Source: Curvularia clavata
Taxonomy: Eukaryota
Reading direction: 5' to 3'
NCBI GenBank assembly: GCA_023920165.1
Contig: CP089274.1
Span: 4,712,001-4,776,000 of the forward strand
Length of the DNA: 64,000 nucleotides
Positions 50,456-64,000 of the stretch are shown in pieces (within the stretch, counting starts at the first letter, position 1; each line of letters begins with the position of its first letter). Below the pieces are notes generated by a model. The model saw only the letters and a program-made list of their open reading frames with translations, was not told the origin of the DNA and searched no databases. Position numbers and translations under genes: made by a program.

Positions 50456-52495
50456 GGAGTCGCGGGAGCTGGAATTGGCTTACCTGATGTGTTTCATTTG
50501 CGCGACTGCTGCATTAGTATTGATCAAGAGAGATATAGAAGCGCGCAAAGTAGACGCGTTGTGTGGTTGGAGATGAGGTGTTGGAGAACGGTTTTGAGCT
50601 CCAGAAATTTTAGCTCAGAGCTCGGCGCCGAGCCTCCGTAGCGCCGCTTATGTAATGGATCTGGTGGGTCAGTTGCCCAGTCAACCATCCACTCTCATCG
50701 AGGTCGAACGCAAATCTTCAACCCACCATAGGTGGTAGACTAATTAGAGTGGCATTGATTTTGGTCATATTCATGACTTGACCCAGACTCTGCATCTGTA
50801 TCAATCTCGAGCACCCTCTGTTCTATGCAGATAGCAGATCTCGAAAATTAATGTAGTTTTTTTCTTCGATCACGAGGTATCCCCTTGGTTCTAAGACTCG
50901 AGAAGGCAATGTCGGAGCAGAAGTCGATTGATGGCTGCTAAATGAGTCTAATCTTGTCGGAGAGGAATTGAAACAAGTTGGCCGAAGGCCAGATCTCAAA
51001 AAATGTTGCTAGAGGCCGTTGTTAAAAATGTTACTCTCTAAACTAGAGACTCTATCAATGCCCCCTGTATTGGCCACAGCATGTCGATTCGCATACAAAA
51101 CTTGGGATGATGCCGCATCGGAAATGTTCAGAACTAATTGCCGACGAATGTTAGAGGCCTTTGTAGGCTGACCCCAAATAAAAGAGAAATTGATGTAGCA
51201 GTTGATTTATTGGTGCTACTCAGTGTATTCACCGAATTAACCTTGAGTTTAGAGACTACACTGATAACATATATCTAGCGTGTTATTATAACTTGAAAAT
51301 GCATGATACACATCACCGATGTAATTCTGGCTACCGACGTGGCATAATACATGATCAAGCCCAAAAGATCGAGGGTGACCCATGGTCGAGTAGGTAAAGA
51401 CGACACTGAGAGACACTTGCTGAGGGTGAGTTGAGTCAATAATATGCCCAGCTACAGCCTATTAAGTAGTTGAAATGTAAAATGAACTAGCTCACATCAA
51501 TACTTGAATATTGAAAATGCCTACCGCTGAGGTGTAAATAATGGGTTCTCCCAGCCGCATCTACTCAAGCAAACATTGCACTATAGTTATAAAGCAACAT
51601 ACAAAGCATTCTCCAAACTGAATTATGTTAACGTGACAAAGTCCTACAACACAGTCAATCTCTACGTCTAGATATCATCACATAGTTACGCAATCCACAC
51701 CAACACCACCAAACTAATCTAGATACTCGATAGCAACCCCAAGAGCTCTTTCATTCCATCAAATGACATTACACTACCCGTAAGCTTGTCTATATCCTAC
51801 GCATGCCGTCCCACAAAAAACCCTCTTACGCCACCTCTGAAGAAAATCCCATAACATCACTGCCTACGCATGCTCCCTACACGAGCACCGCAAGCCCTTA
51901 GATAGTACTTAGAATCTCTTATAAACTATAGCAGTGTTTCAGCACAAACTCTAGATCTCCGAGCACTCTCCTTCTTCCCGCACTTCTGTCCCCTTCTTTT
52001 GAGAACACCACACACCTACTTACGCACCATTTCCCTTTCAGTTTCTCTACCACCGTTACAGACAGAAGTACCACGTACCATTCACACCCTCTTTTCTCTT
52101 GTTCTTCTAAGAAAAAATTACGTTTACGAACCAACCCACTCACACTTCTCATGTTCGCTGGCTTCTTAACCAGAACCCGCAAGCACCTACCTCATCCGAT
52201 CGACTCGAAAGATATTGCTATGTTTACAACCTGAATAACCAGAGTGGGAAAAGCAGATGGTGATTGACCACTATTACTGTGAGCCTTGGGCTTAGAACAT
52301 CCACATCCCCACAGAGTCTTTCTGGTGGGGAGGTTCAAGTTCTATTATGTGATAGTGTATCTGATTAACTGGTATATTGTCACGGTTACGTCTAGTTGGT
52401 GTCACTACGGCGGTTCATGGGTGTGAAGTAATTCAAGAAGAGGGAGAGCCGGTTGATTGAGAAGTGCAGTTAGGTAGATATCAGTTACCTCTAGC

Positions 52496-52514
52496 ATATA
52501 TATATACATATATA

Positions 52515-52552
<38 letters not shown>
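52496..52552. repeat. Compound microsatellite (TA)n-(TG)n-(GA)n
   Basis: atatatatatacatatatatgtgtgtgtgtgtgtgagagagagagagagagagaga. Confidence 0.92.
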
Positions 52553-52554
<2 letters not shown>

Positions 52555-53311
52555 GATCACATAACCATTTTCAAGTCAAAAGTAGTGGTCATATAGTATA
52601 GGCACTTCTACATACAAATGACTCCTTTGCAAAAACTACTCGTACAATATCCCCGTCAAAGACACACGCCCAAACACAACCCACAACCACGCATGTACAA
52701 ACAATTTATTCACAATTTGCTCTCCCCATGTAGATCAGTACGAAAAAGCTTTCCATTTTGTGTCATGTATCTAAGCTCGCTCGTCAATGCTGTCCAAAAA
52801 AAAAAAAAGAAAAAGAAGAAAAAGGCGAAGAGAAGAAGACAGCAAAACGCAGCTCTCCCTTTCCAACCTCATATCGAAAAAGCCCTAAATTGAGCCATCC
52901 AAACTGCACCCCCCCAAAATATACATTAAGAAAACCGAGAGGGTAGAAAGAAAACGAAGAGGAAGAAGAGGAAGGTAAGAGCACGGGTATGGGGGGATAT
53001 GCAGCCAGAGAGGAAACAAAGTTATGGATACAATGCAAAGAAGCTGTTAATGTCGAAAAACGACACCACTCGTCCAACGATGTGCGTGCCAGAAATGCGA
53101 ACATTACAAATCGTTGAAAGCATAAAGACATATCGAAGAAAGAGAAAAGCACCTGTCCAAAGTGTACAATCAAGCTATGTCGGACAGGTGTGCGAGGGGG
53201 GTATGTAGCGTTGGTATATAAATGATCCCTTCCAGTGTACGCCGGTAGAAGCAGGTGGCAAAGAAGCAGATACATGAAGGATAAAGATGTGGCGAGGACG
53301 GGCGGAAAAGC

Positions 53312-56300
53312 TTAGAAGCAGTTGAGTGTGCCCTTCTTCTTGCTCTTCTTTTGCGCGTTACTCAGGGCTGCCATGCGGGCTTCCAGATGAGCGCGCTCAG
53401 CTTCGACGCGTAGACGGGCGTTGCGCTCTTCTTCAACAGCTTGAAGGGAGTGGCGTGCTTGACTACGCTCCTTGCGCATAGTATTGAGCTCTTCTTCTAG
53501 GGAAGCACACTTCTTCCTGAATTGATCCAGGTCAGCCTTGGTCTTTGTGCTCGAGGCTTCCAGATCGGTCAAAGCATCCTCCAGGGTAGCTGTGAGCTGC
53601 TTCTCTGCAAACAGGTGCTTCTCGATGGTACGAATACGAGCCTCCTGGTCTTCGACCAATTGAGCATGGGCAATATCCTTGCTCTGGTGACGCGAAGTAG
53701 GAGGAGAAGGAGCATTAGTTTGGGGTGGTGGGCTGCCAGGTGGGAGAGGTGGGAGAGGAATGGCAGGTGGGGGTGAGGGCAAGGAAGTGTGTGCAGCGCT
53801 CTTGCGCGCAGTGGAGTTGTTAGAGTTGGATCGTTGAAGGTCGTCACGGGGGTCCATGGATACACGGGCAGAGTTGCGCTTAGCATCAACGAGTTGTGAC
53901 TGGTTATGTTAGATATATTCTCAAGTCAAAAGGTGGTTAAGCTTACCTCGAGGAGCGCAATCTTGATGCGCGACTCCTGTACCTCCTTCTCAAGTTCCTC
54001 ACTGTGGGTCATGGCATCTTGAAGCTCACGAGAGCGCTCAGTCTGTAGAGCAGAGAGGCGGTTGTTAGCGGCCTCATGCTGGTCCCAGTTCTGGTTGAGC
54101 TGATCCTCCAGCTCTTGCACAAGGCGAGCACTCTTGAGCTCCTTCTCGCTGACCTTCTCAAGCTCCTTCAGCGTCTCGGAGTTGATCATCTCCAACTCCT
54201 TCAGGTTGCCCTTGAGCGTACCGATGGTGCTAGTGGCTTCTGCAAGTTCCTTCCTTGCGGATTCAAGGTCTTTGACAGCCTCATCTAATCGGCTAGCAAT
54301 TGACTTGCGCTCTTTGACTAGTGCTTCAATGTGAGACTGAATGGAGCTAATGTCTGTTTCTTCGCCCAAGGCTGTCGAAACACCTTGGAGCAGTGTCTCC
54401 ATCTCCGTTTTCGCCTTGGAGAGATCAGCCTCGAGAGAAGATGCTGTCTCTTTGTGAGTCGTAAGCTCCAATGCAAGCTTGTCGAGCTCAGCGGCGTGTG
54501 TCTTCTGGAGAGAATCCATGCCCTGCTGGTGATACTCAATTGCTGCCTTGTGTTCCTCAATCTGCCTTTCTAGATTGGTGACGAGAGACCGATGAGTCTC
54601 AAGTTCTTTCTCGGTAAGCTCACGGGCTTGCGAGTCTTCCTCAAACTGCTTCACGATATTGGTATGAGACTCCTCAAGCTCGGCAAGACGAGCAGCGTTG
54701 TTCAAAGCCGTAGACTTGTGCTCATCAACCTCAGCTTGCAAAGCAGCAATCATCTCAGCATGCTTGGCACGCTCCTGTTGCAAAGCAGCTTCGGCTTCGG
54801 CGCCTCGTGTCTGCTCAATCTCGGACAAGCGCAGAGCATGGTCGACCTCGAGTCGTTGCTTGGCAGATTCCAGCTCGCGAACGGTTTCAAGATGCTGCCT
54901 TTCCGAGGCCCTCGTGGCTTCGATGGCCTCAAGGTGCTTGGAATGCCAGTGCGCAGCTTCGTCGCTAAGCTTGTCGAGCTCACTGCGCTCAGTGGTTTCG
55001 TCCTCAGGCTCTCCATTACCGTTGATTGTTCGAGGCGTGTCTGGCATCTGTCGGGACGAGAGTAGTTCGTCTGACAACGACTCGCCAGGCTTGACAGATG
55101 ACTTGAGCGTCTCAATCTGAGCCTTGAGTTCCTGCTCCCGCTGAGCGTGCGTGTCCTTCAACTCTCTAATGTGATCCTCATTTTGCTTCATCTGATCCTG
55201 CATTGAAGCAACGATGGATATGTCAAGAGGGGATCCAGCCTTCAAGCTCGAGCGTTCCTTTGTCAGACCACTGATCAAAGTCATTTTCCCTTCCATTTCT
55301 TTGCGTATGGACTGGACTTCAGATTCCAAATCATGGGCTCGCTCCGATCGTAGTTGAAGCTCGGACATGATTGTGTTTAGGTTGAGCTCAAAGTTCTGGA
55401 TGGCGTCGGCGTCGTCATCAAGCCTGTCCAGAACGAGGCTTCGAAGAGAGTTCACAGCGCGATTGGCACGATCGTTTGCAAGGACTGCTTGGCTTGATTT
55501 GCGGCGGATCATGTGCACTGATGGCGATGCCGGTCGATTCATTTGCGCTTTGGTGATCTCTGATTTGAGCTCTTCGACGTAATCGAGCGTGTCTTGGTGT
55601 TGTTCTTGCAGCTCAGCATATGTCTGCTGGAGTTCGGTGATGCGCTCCTCCTTCTCTTCCTGCAGTAGCTTCAAGGCCTTCAATTCTTGGACAAGGACAG
55701 TCTCGGGAATGTGTGACTCCTGGCCCAGAGATTCGACTGATAGTCGTCGTGGAGTTGTCTGATCATGGCCAGGTTCCGTCTCCTCGTCTTGAGTACTGGT
55801 ATTGCCAGACTCCGCTAAGGACAATTCCGCAGACAAGGTACGCGAGGATGAAAGTTGTCCATCCTCTGCTGTGAGTCCATTCACCCCCGCGTTTGATAAA
55901 AAAGACGATGGCCGAGAAGACGGTGCAGATGGTGCACGATGACGCGCTTCGTCTACGGAATCCTGGAGAGCGGCGAGAGTGCGCAGAGCCTCCTGGTACT
56001 TACTGGCAAGCTTCTCGTAGTCTTGCAGCGTTCCTTCGTGCTCTACACGAAGATCCAGCAACTCCTGTGTGACGGTATCGAGCTTGTCATGGACGAAGCG
56101 AGTTTGTGCAGGGCTTGATGGACCATCATCCGTGTCGTCACGCTCCTTGTCGTTGGAAACAGCCTTGACAGCAAGGTCGTCCTTGTGCTCCTCATCATCA
56201 AGACGAGGAACAATAGCACCAGCAGCAGTGCTGGCGGTCTGAGGACGCTCGCCGTCGGCCTCTTCGGGGATAGCATCGACAGGGGTACCGAACTGGTGCA

Positions 56301-58767
56301 TACTGTCGCTTGTAACCCGCTTCTCGAGTTTGGGCCGCTTGTCAACGAAGGGGTCACTAGGAGTCTTGGAATGGCCGTTGATATGGGATTCCTCGGCTTT
56401 TGAGTCCGTCTTGTCGAGCTCGTAGAGCAAATTGTCAAGTTTAGCAACGCTACGTTGTCGCTCGACCACATGCTTGAGTCGCTCAATCTCACGGCTCATC
56501 ATCTCTGTTTCTTGCTCATTCTCGGCGAGGCGCTCTTCCAATGTGGAAATGTACTCTTCGCTGCTCGACTCGTTCTCTCGAGCCTTTTGCAGCTTTTCGC
56601 GAAGCTCAGATATAACCGTGTCGTTCTTCTCAATGCCGTTGACTGACGAGTCAATTTGGCGCTCGAGCGACTGGACGTACTCTTCGTTGTTGGCGTCCCG
56701 CTCCATTGCTTTCTGGAGGCGAGACTGCAGATGTTGATTCTGGCTCTCAAGGATGGCGATGCGAGTTTCCTTCTCCAGAAGATCACTTTCGTGGGTTGAC
56801 AGGGTGGAGCGCGTGTTGGAGAGAGAGGACTCCAGCGACTGAATTGTCTTCTCGTACTCCAAAACAACAGATTCGACAGCTTCGGCAAAGGAGTTTGATC
56901 GCTTCAGCCGTTCTAGTGCAGAGTCACCAATGGCATCCTTAAGCATAGGCGTCTCCGTCTCGCTATTGTCGCGCGCCTTTGTGATCTCAGAGATGAGTTT
57001 GGCGTGACGTGCGCTGAGGGCGTTGTAGTTTTCCTGAACATCCAGTAGTTGGTTCTGGAGTTCGGCTTCGCGCTCTTCTTGTCGGTCGGCACGCTCGTGA
57101 GGGCCGCTCTTCTTTCGATCAGTGCGTTCGGACAATCGTATCTGGTCCCGGAGGAATTGAACTTCAGCTCTCAGCCGGTCGATAGCGGCTTGCTTATCGC
57201 TGTCGTCATGAATCTGTTGAATCTGGGGTTTGACTTGGATAGCACGGGCGCGTTGCGCATACTGGACAGTGTTGAGGGTTTCGCTGAGGTGAAATTCCGC
57301 AGGGTTAACACAGGCGATCATGTAGGTAATAGCGTTGCCGCCAAGCGAGTCTTGCAGAAGACGTGTAAGCCTAGAGTCGCGGTACGAGACATAGCCTCCG
57401 TGGGAGCGGGCCGAGAGTTGCGAGATGACTTTGCCCAAGCTGGCAAGACCTGCATTGATGGAAATACCCTCCTTGGCGCGCTCGCCCTGGGCTCCAGTGT
57501 TTTTCAGCCGCTCACTTCCCGCCAGGTCTACAAAGTGAAGCTTGCTATCCACCGTCACCCAGCTCTCGCTTGAGCCTGACATCATTTCTATGGGGACGGA
57601 TCGGCGCTTCTCACGGTTGGAAGTGGGTGATGCTGGCGAAGATTTCTTCTGTACCAAGTTTAGACTAAAAACCGCGTGTGAACGGGACGATTTGGCATTG
57701 ACAGCAGTGGCATCTGTTTGCCGGATCGAGGAGCCGAAGTTGAGGGCACCGAGCAGATCATCAATGGAGTTGACAGGTACTTGGGTGAGTCCAGTAAGGA
57801 TGATGCGACCATCGCGATCCTCGCGGATATTTACCTGTGGTCGCTCGCTGTGGGCTACGTTTTCTGGTAGTAGCAGGTCGCGGAGTTGCTCGTTGTAGAT
57901 CTAAACTTGGGTCAGTGCTTGCTTCTTTCTATTGTTTTTGTTTCTTTTTCTGTTCAGCTGGGGGAAATGGTACCTCGACATATGTGGCTTTCAGCTGCCA
58001 GTTTCTGTTCGCCTGCGATGCAGACTTGGCGGCGAAGTTCTGCATTCCGGATAGGCGAGATGGGGCGCGAATACCAGACGTAGGGCTTTTGCTAGGCCCA
58101 TCGAGTTTTTCAAAGAGCAATGCGGCCGCACGGGGAATGATGCCTGGTGCACGGTCAGTATACCTCGTCCTATAGTAAAGAGTATACTGGCAAGTCAACT
58201 ATACCCATAACATCCGGATCGGCCTGATCTCGAGGACCGGTCGTGCCCATTGTGTACGACTTTCCGGCGCCCGATTGGCCATATGCAAGGATGGAAACAT
58301 TGTAGCCCTGCACGAAGGAATGAACGCTGTCTGCGACGTATTCAAAGATGCCTTCCTGATCCACATCTTGATCAAATACGCGGTCAAAAACGAAAACCTT
58401 CTTGCCTCCGGCCGCATCTACAGTGAGACTCGAGGATGAAGTGACGTGACAAAGAGCATTGCGAAAACGCTGAGGAATAAGTTCAAAGCCAGGATCGCCC
58501 TGTTGGAGTGCAGGTCGCACGCGGACAGCTGCATTAGAGTGTGGTTAGTACACAGCATGCACGGCGGACCGCAGAGGGGGGCGCGGCGGAGAGGGGGGGG
58601 TGGCACCTACCAACTTTGACTGCGGTCCTACTGTCTTCGTCCGAAGCCTTGCTCTCGCCAGGCTTGCTGCTGAGACTCATACGGCTTGAGCTGCGATTGG
58701 AGCGGATCATGGCGCTCATTGGCCGCGTAAAGCCGTTGGCGGGCGAGCCTGGTGGTGAGGTGGCCAT
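53312..58767 (-). CDS. Kinesin motor protein, kinesin-4 (KIF4/KIF21)-like, with long coiled coil
   Basis: AVKV|AVRVRP, P-loop AYGQSGAGKSYTMG, NAKSSRSHAVF, FVDLAGSER, VSYRDSRLTRLLQDSLGG; about four introns; over 1000 aa of coiled coil. Confidence 0.92.
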
Positions 58768-61700
58768 GGGAGCGGCCACGGCAGCGCCGTGAGAAGGGAG
58801 GGAGGGATGTGCCGCACGGTCTGGTGGGGTGATGGTATTCTGTTTTATGCTTTTGCGTATTGAACAACGGTGGCGGTGCGGGCTGAAAAGACAACGGGGG
58901 TCGTGGTGGCCGTGGTCTGCATCCGCGTGGTGATTTAGAGAGACGACGGAGGCGGAGGCGGAGGATGGGCAAGTGAAGGTGGAGCGCGCCGGGTGATGTA
59001 CAAGGCGCGTCTGGACTTGCAGCGGCGGCAGGCACAGGCAGGCTGTGGAGTAGAAAGAGTGTGGGCGCAGGCTTGGGCGAGGTGGCGGGGGGGAATAATG
59101 AAGGAAGAAATGAATTATTTTTCTTGTGAAGGCCAGAGGGCAGAAAGGGTAGGGTTGGGTAGGGCAGGGTAGGTATGGTAGGTTGGCGCGGGTTGGAGAG
59201 CGACAAATGCCCCTTAGCGCCAGCGCAATTCCAGGGGGAGCGCGCGCCTTTCACAGCACCCCCGAGCCATCCATGCAGACCCTGACCGTCGGCGTGAATC
59301 TACTGTGCTCTTCCGCCCACGCCCTCGCCCACGCCCTCGACGCCAGCCGTTGTTCCTGCAGCAGGCCCCATCTGCTCCGCCGCCGTGCGTCGCTCGCCTC
59401 GCCTGACGGTAATGTCATGTATCTAGTGCCATGCAATGTCATGTACTATACGCAGGGCGAGCAAGGCGGAGCGTCAACGGCCTCATGTTTCTGAGCAGGC
59501 CCCCGGCGCACCTTGATATGGCCCACCGGAGTATCTTGTCCAACGCGGTAGGAAAAATTAATCGCGTTGCTATGCCCCTCCTAAACTCTGTGCCGCCGCC
59601 GCTGCTCCAACCGGTGGCTCCCTAGCCATAGTAGCACCTGTTAGTCGCGCACGCTGACGGATCTCCTGTCATGGCCTCGGGGAGCTCGAGCATGTAACAC
59701 GCACGCAATGCTCTTCATGCATCGGTCCACTACGCCCAACACGGCTGTCCTGACGGCTGCTCGTCGTCGCCAGCCCACACATACGGCGCCGGCGCTGATC
59801 TCGCCAGCCTCCCTTTGCCGTCCTGGGCCAGCCGAATCCCGTGGCCACGAGAGCTGAAGCTGTGCACCCGGCTCCATTCGCTTCGAGTCGTGTTCTGCGC
59901 TGACAGCCTCATCGACGTCGTCGTAGCGTGTTTCACCTTGGTCAATCTTACCTCCAATCCCACCCGACATACCGTTTCCTGTTGCTTGGCCAGTCTGCGT
60001 GGCGAGGCTGCACCATCCCCGTGCGAACCGGTCCTGTAGCTGTGTAACCCCCTCCCCCGAAAACCCTACTCTTGCTCGCTCAACTTGCTCAGGCAATGGG
60101 CCAATTCACTGCGACGATGGCGACGTTTGCAAGTGTCGAGCTCTTAGCGCCTGATACCAGCAACGCCAGTACCGTCGATAGTCGTGCTGCTACCACCCCT
60201 TTCGAGCCAACCCGCTTGGACGCGTCCTTTTAGCAGCAGCCCCTATCATTGTCTCGGGCATCTGACGCCCGTCAAGAGTTGCCGTCGTGTCGCATCTGCG
60301 CAGCGCTCCAAAATCACGCAACATCTTGCCATGTCGCTATCGTCTGCCAGCTTTTCTGCGACGGATGCAATGTGTGTGACTTGGAGTGCTAGCCGCAGAT
60401 GGCCTTTGGCCCAAATAGGAAGCCGCGCCAGCCACGTGCTTCAGGCTCCACCCCATCCAAACCCGTAGACCACACTATCTCGACGTACAGTTCGTCTATA
60501 TGCTTGTATGTACCATAGACTGCCACAACCCTCGGCAAATACCGTCCTTGCGCCTGTACCTGACCCCGCAACCTACATACCAATCTTGCAGCCCAACGCC
60601 TCTAGTCTCGCCGACCTATCGTAGAAGCGCGAAGCACGCACTTGACTTAGTCAGGCACATGCCTTGGCGTCAGTTCCAGCCGCTGCCTAACGGCAATGCA
60701 TTTTCTCTAGTTCTAACAGACACCTCGCTCCAACAAAAGCATACAAACATGCCTTGGCTTGCTTACGGGCCTCATGTTTGCTTCTCTACTAGTGGGGACC
60801 CAGTGTAATAACACCCGGCTATTATAGGTCCAAACCCCTGCTTACGCCATGCTGGCTAATACTGCGCAGTACATATGCACTGCATTCCTTGTTTCCTTGT
60901 TTCCTGCACATTACACCGTCTATACACCTCTCAAGTGAAGGCGAGATAGTACCGGGTACTTGCAAACCACTGCCTGTCATTTGCACCAACCCCGTCATGC
61001 AGACATGATGTGGGGTCGACATATGGCACAAGAACATCAGGCAAGCTTCATTTCCTTCGTACGAGAGACTCGCTAGAGAACCTCCAAGATACGGCATTTT
61101 CAGCTACGTGCCGCACATCCCCGGCCCACAATACCTCCTCCCTCTTGAAACCTACAAACCTGGACTTTGAGGCAACTCTCTGATTTACCCGCATGTCCTC
61201 CTACTCGCCCACATGCCTGTGACACACTGACTGTGCGGGGTAAGTTTGCCAGCCCACTCAAACACTGTGCTTCTTTTCTGTCAAATCACAACCTACATAT
61301 GCAACTACACCGAGCAAATATATATACATGTAAACTATCTACGTATGTACGCATGTACATGCCTAGTATGTGCATGTGCCCAGCAGCCCCAAACGTTCAT
61401 GTGGACTTCGTAAAAGAACCCCGGTTCATACTCGACCTATCAAACCCCAGGCCTCCAGGGTGACGCCATGTGCGAAAACGAGCCAGGATCACGTAACGTT
61501 CGTTTTCTTTCCTCAACTACCGTGAATCAGTACATGTCCCACTACACGCGCCACGCTTATTCAAGCTTCGCATGAATGGTCCAGACTCACCCGCCGCCGG
61601 ACCTTCCTTCGCATCACACAAGGTGTCCCGATCTAAACCTTAAATAAGATAACACTCGAGCCTGCTATCTCCATGTGAGGGGAAGATTCCACATGGTCAC

Positions 61701-63301
61701 CATGTGATGTGCGTCTATCTTGTTTCCTTATCATCAGAGTCAAGAAGAAATATTCAGCTCAATGGCTGCTTTACGTTGCATAAATTCTTCGCGTCCGCAT
61801 TGCGACGTGAAAGTAACGAGGTACCTAGGTACATCCTCTGACCCACTCGTGCGTAACGGTTATGTCAGATCGACCAGCATACTCCAAAGCCACGCTTCGC
61901 CACACGTATGCACATAGCCCAAATGAGACTTGCGATTCCATTAAGGTTTCGCGCATGAACCAAACATCTCGCATTAGCATTACATATTACCTGCAGCCGG
62001 TGATCAAAATGGAAAAGTGCCAAACACTGATGTGATGGAAGAAAGAAAAGTCCACGTATGCTTCTATTTCCAGAACGTTAATGCAGTCTGATGACGATAT
62101 AGATTGGCTAGTGGAAATGGGAAGTTTGATTGGAGTGATGTTTACCGGGCTAGACAAGGAGGATGAGTCTGTGACTTGAATTGGACTTGGTGAAGTGAAT
62201 GGGACTTCGTAGGGAAAAGACGAGCGTCAGAAGCTTCTGTACTAGATCTCACATGGGTACATACCCAAGTTTCCATATGTGAAACGCACTCATACTACAT
62301 ATCGTCTGTTGCGTTTATAATTACAACAATCAAAATGACAGAGCTCACAACTCTCACACAACTAACCAAGCTATATTAAACAATGACTACATGTTCTCGA
62401 ACCAAGAAGACACAGCATCACCCCTACTAACCAGATTACTCCACTTCATATAGTAAAAAAGCTAAAGGTTTACACAGGGAAAGTAGGAAAAATGGTATAT
62501 TACGCTACCCAACAGCGACACCACAACACATCAATCCACTTTCAGTTCAACACCAAGAATAAGAGAAAAAGAGGAAAAAAGGGCTGTCCTACAAGACCCC
62601 CACACAAAGGACTCTGGCAATAACCAGCTAGTCCTCTGCACACACGTACACACCCAATTCCTGGCCGATGAAGCCCCCTCCTAATCTCTCTATATATACC
62701 CAACACCAGTTTTGACCCTACCAACCTGATTTAATTCCTCCATGGAGAGACTTCGTTTGTCTCCCTCTATTTCCATTCCCCTTTCCCTTCTCTTCTCCAG
62801 TGCCAGTGAGATCCCTGAGCCATTCCTTCCTCGCTCCTTCTGCCCCCGCCACAAGCCAAAGCATACAAAAGGAAATAAGCTCCAAGCCATCAAATCCCTC
62901 CACCAGGTCGTCAAGTTTCTCTCAACGACAGTCACGAAAGTGAAGCCTAAACAAGATGAGAAGTAAAGGAAAAAAATCGAGTTTGATTCGGAGATACAGA
63001 AAGGCACTAGGCCTCCCTCACTTAGTAGTCACACACACAGTAAGGAAAATAATCGGTGGTAGTTACTTAAACCCCCTTAAACGCCTTTCGGTCACAACAA
63101 ATAAGAAAGAAAAAAGATAGGATAGGAAATGGGCATCAATGCTAATCTCGTCTCGATCGCTAATGATAAAAAGGATCAAAGTTGGCAAAAGAGAAATGAA
63201 AAAGAATAGAAAGGAAAAAAAAGTAAGCGTTAGCTACAAACAAGCTGCGAAAAGAATCCCTGTCTCTTGCAAGCTCCCTTTTTTGTTGTGACTTCACTCA
63301 C

Positions 63302-64000
63302 TTAGCGCGACGACATGTGACGCATGCTGTTGCTGTTTGGCCGTCCAAGGGGCTGTGCGTACTTGGATACTGGCACCATGTCAGCGTGCAGGTCGTTGTT
63401 GCCGTTGACATCATCATCGTCTTCCAAGATGCGTGTTGGCACGACGGGGACATCATGAGATCGGTGCTGCAGGCTGGACCGGTCTGGTGTTGTGCTGGCG
63501 CTGGCCATGGACATGGAGGTGCTCGACCTGTGGCTTAGGTCGGGAGTAGGAGGAATGCTCGATCCCCGACCGGGGCGGAGCATGCTCTCATCATCGCCAT
63601 ACTCGCTGCCAATGGTCGACTGGGTACGGCCACCGTGCGACATCTGGCCAACGCTGCTGCGACGGTCACTATGACCGTCATCTTCAGTGTCGGCACGCTG
63701 AGCAAGCTGGAGTCCCTCTACAGCGGCAGCGCATTGCTCGGAAATGTTGCGGATGATATAAGCAATAGCGTCGGTCTTGTCACGGAGGACACGGTCGGCG
63801 ACGTCAACCAAAGATTGGTTGGAGAAGCGCTTCGAGTTGCGCGCTGGATTGTTGAACAGACGGTGCTCCATGTCTGGTGAGACGTCTTCGCCCTCAAGGT
63901 GCTTGCCCTGAGCGGTGCTGGCTCTCGACGCCTGGCGGCTGTCGACGCCCGCTACACCACGGATGGTACCAACCTCTGACTTGTCCTTGACAGAGCGGTG
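63302..64000 (-). CDS. 3' end of a protein entering from beyond the window; function not assigned
   Basis: Open frame to the window edge with a helical block VLRDKTDAIAYIIRNISEQCAAAVEGLQLA and Ser-rich tail; stop at 63302. Confidence 0.75.
   Translation of the reverse strand, partial: HRSVKDKSEVGTIRGVAGVDSRQASRASTAQGKHLEGEDVSPDMEHRLFNNPARNSKRFSNQSLVDVADRVLRDKTDAIAYIIRNISEQCAAAVEGLQLAQRADTEDDGHSDRRSSVGQMSHGGRTQSTIGSEYGDDESMLRPGRGSSIPPTPDLSHRSSTSMSMASASTTPDRSSLQHRSHDVPVVPTRILEDDDDVNGNNDLHADMVPVSKYAQPLGRPNSNSMRHMSSR

Larger units (their letters stand above)
49300..50580 (-). ncRNA. Non-coding snoRNA host transcript (five snoRNA-bearing introns plus one nested intron); ends approximate
   Basis: Introns 50483-50316, 50262-50074, 50073-49828, 49827-49562 and 49519-49343, each with GT donor, CTAAC/CTGAC branch and YAG acceptor; exon ATGs close within 12 codons. 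Confidence 0.85.

Noticed and set aside
28237..50580. Functional cluster of DBR1 with the intronic snoRNA host
   Set aside because: About 20 kb apart with unrelated genes between; proximity is likely coincidental
61671..61706. CCATGTG/CACATGG inverted repeats
   Set aside because: 7-8 bp arms only; no support for an element or RNA
1..64000. Transposons, CRISPR arrays, rRNA/tRNA genes, secondary-metabolite backbone genes
   Set aside because: None recognisable by eye; rRNA-like 11-13-mers near 49.4-50.5 kb are snoRNA guides, not rDNA fragments

Overview
Gene-dense, intron-containing genomic DNA of a filamentous ascomycete (introns of about 50 nt with CTRAC/CTAAC branch points; probably a Dothideomycete, by inference). 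About 24 protein-coding loci are recognisable, mostly housekeeping: UBA2, queuosine salvage QNG1, FAD/BBE oxidase, an RNase III-domain protein, Clr5-ankyrin protein, mitochondrial ProRS, uL10m, MED19, RAD10/ERCC1, sugar porter, TMA7, DBR1, RPP21-like, ZPR1, PPIL3, arrestin-like, NAR1, IME2-like kinase and a kinesin-4-like motor. There is also an F-box pseudogene. The main finding is invisible in the ORF track. At about 49.3-50.6 kb on the minus strand lies a non-coding, multi-intron host transcript carrying five box C/D snoRNAs, one per intron (U45-like, snR41-like, snR70, snR51, U55-like). Two of its intron junctions are back-to-back (AG|GT, zero-length exons, implying recursive splicing). 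The snR51 homologue is itself split by a nested 51-nt spliceosomal intron that must be removed to join its 18S Am100 guide to its D box. rRNA targets were assigned from recalled conserved rRNA sequences, not from a search. All exon structures are manual predictions.
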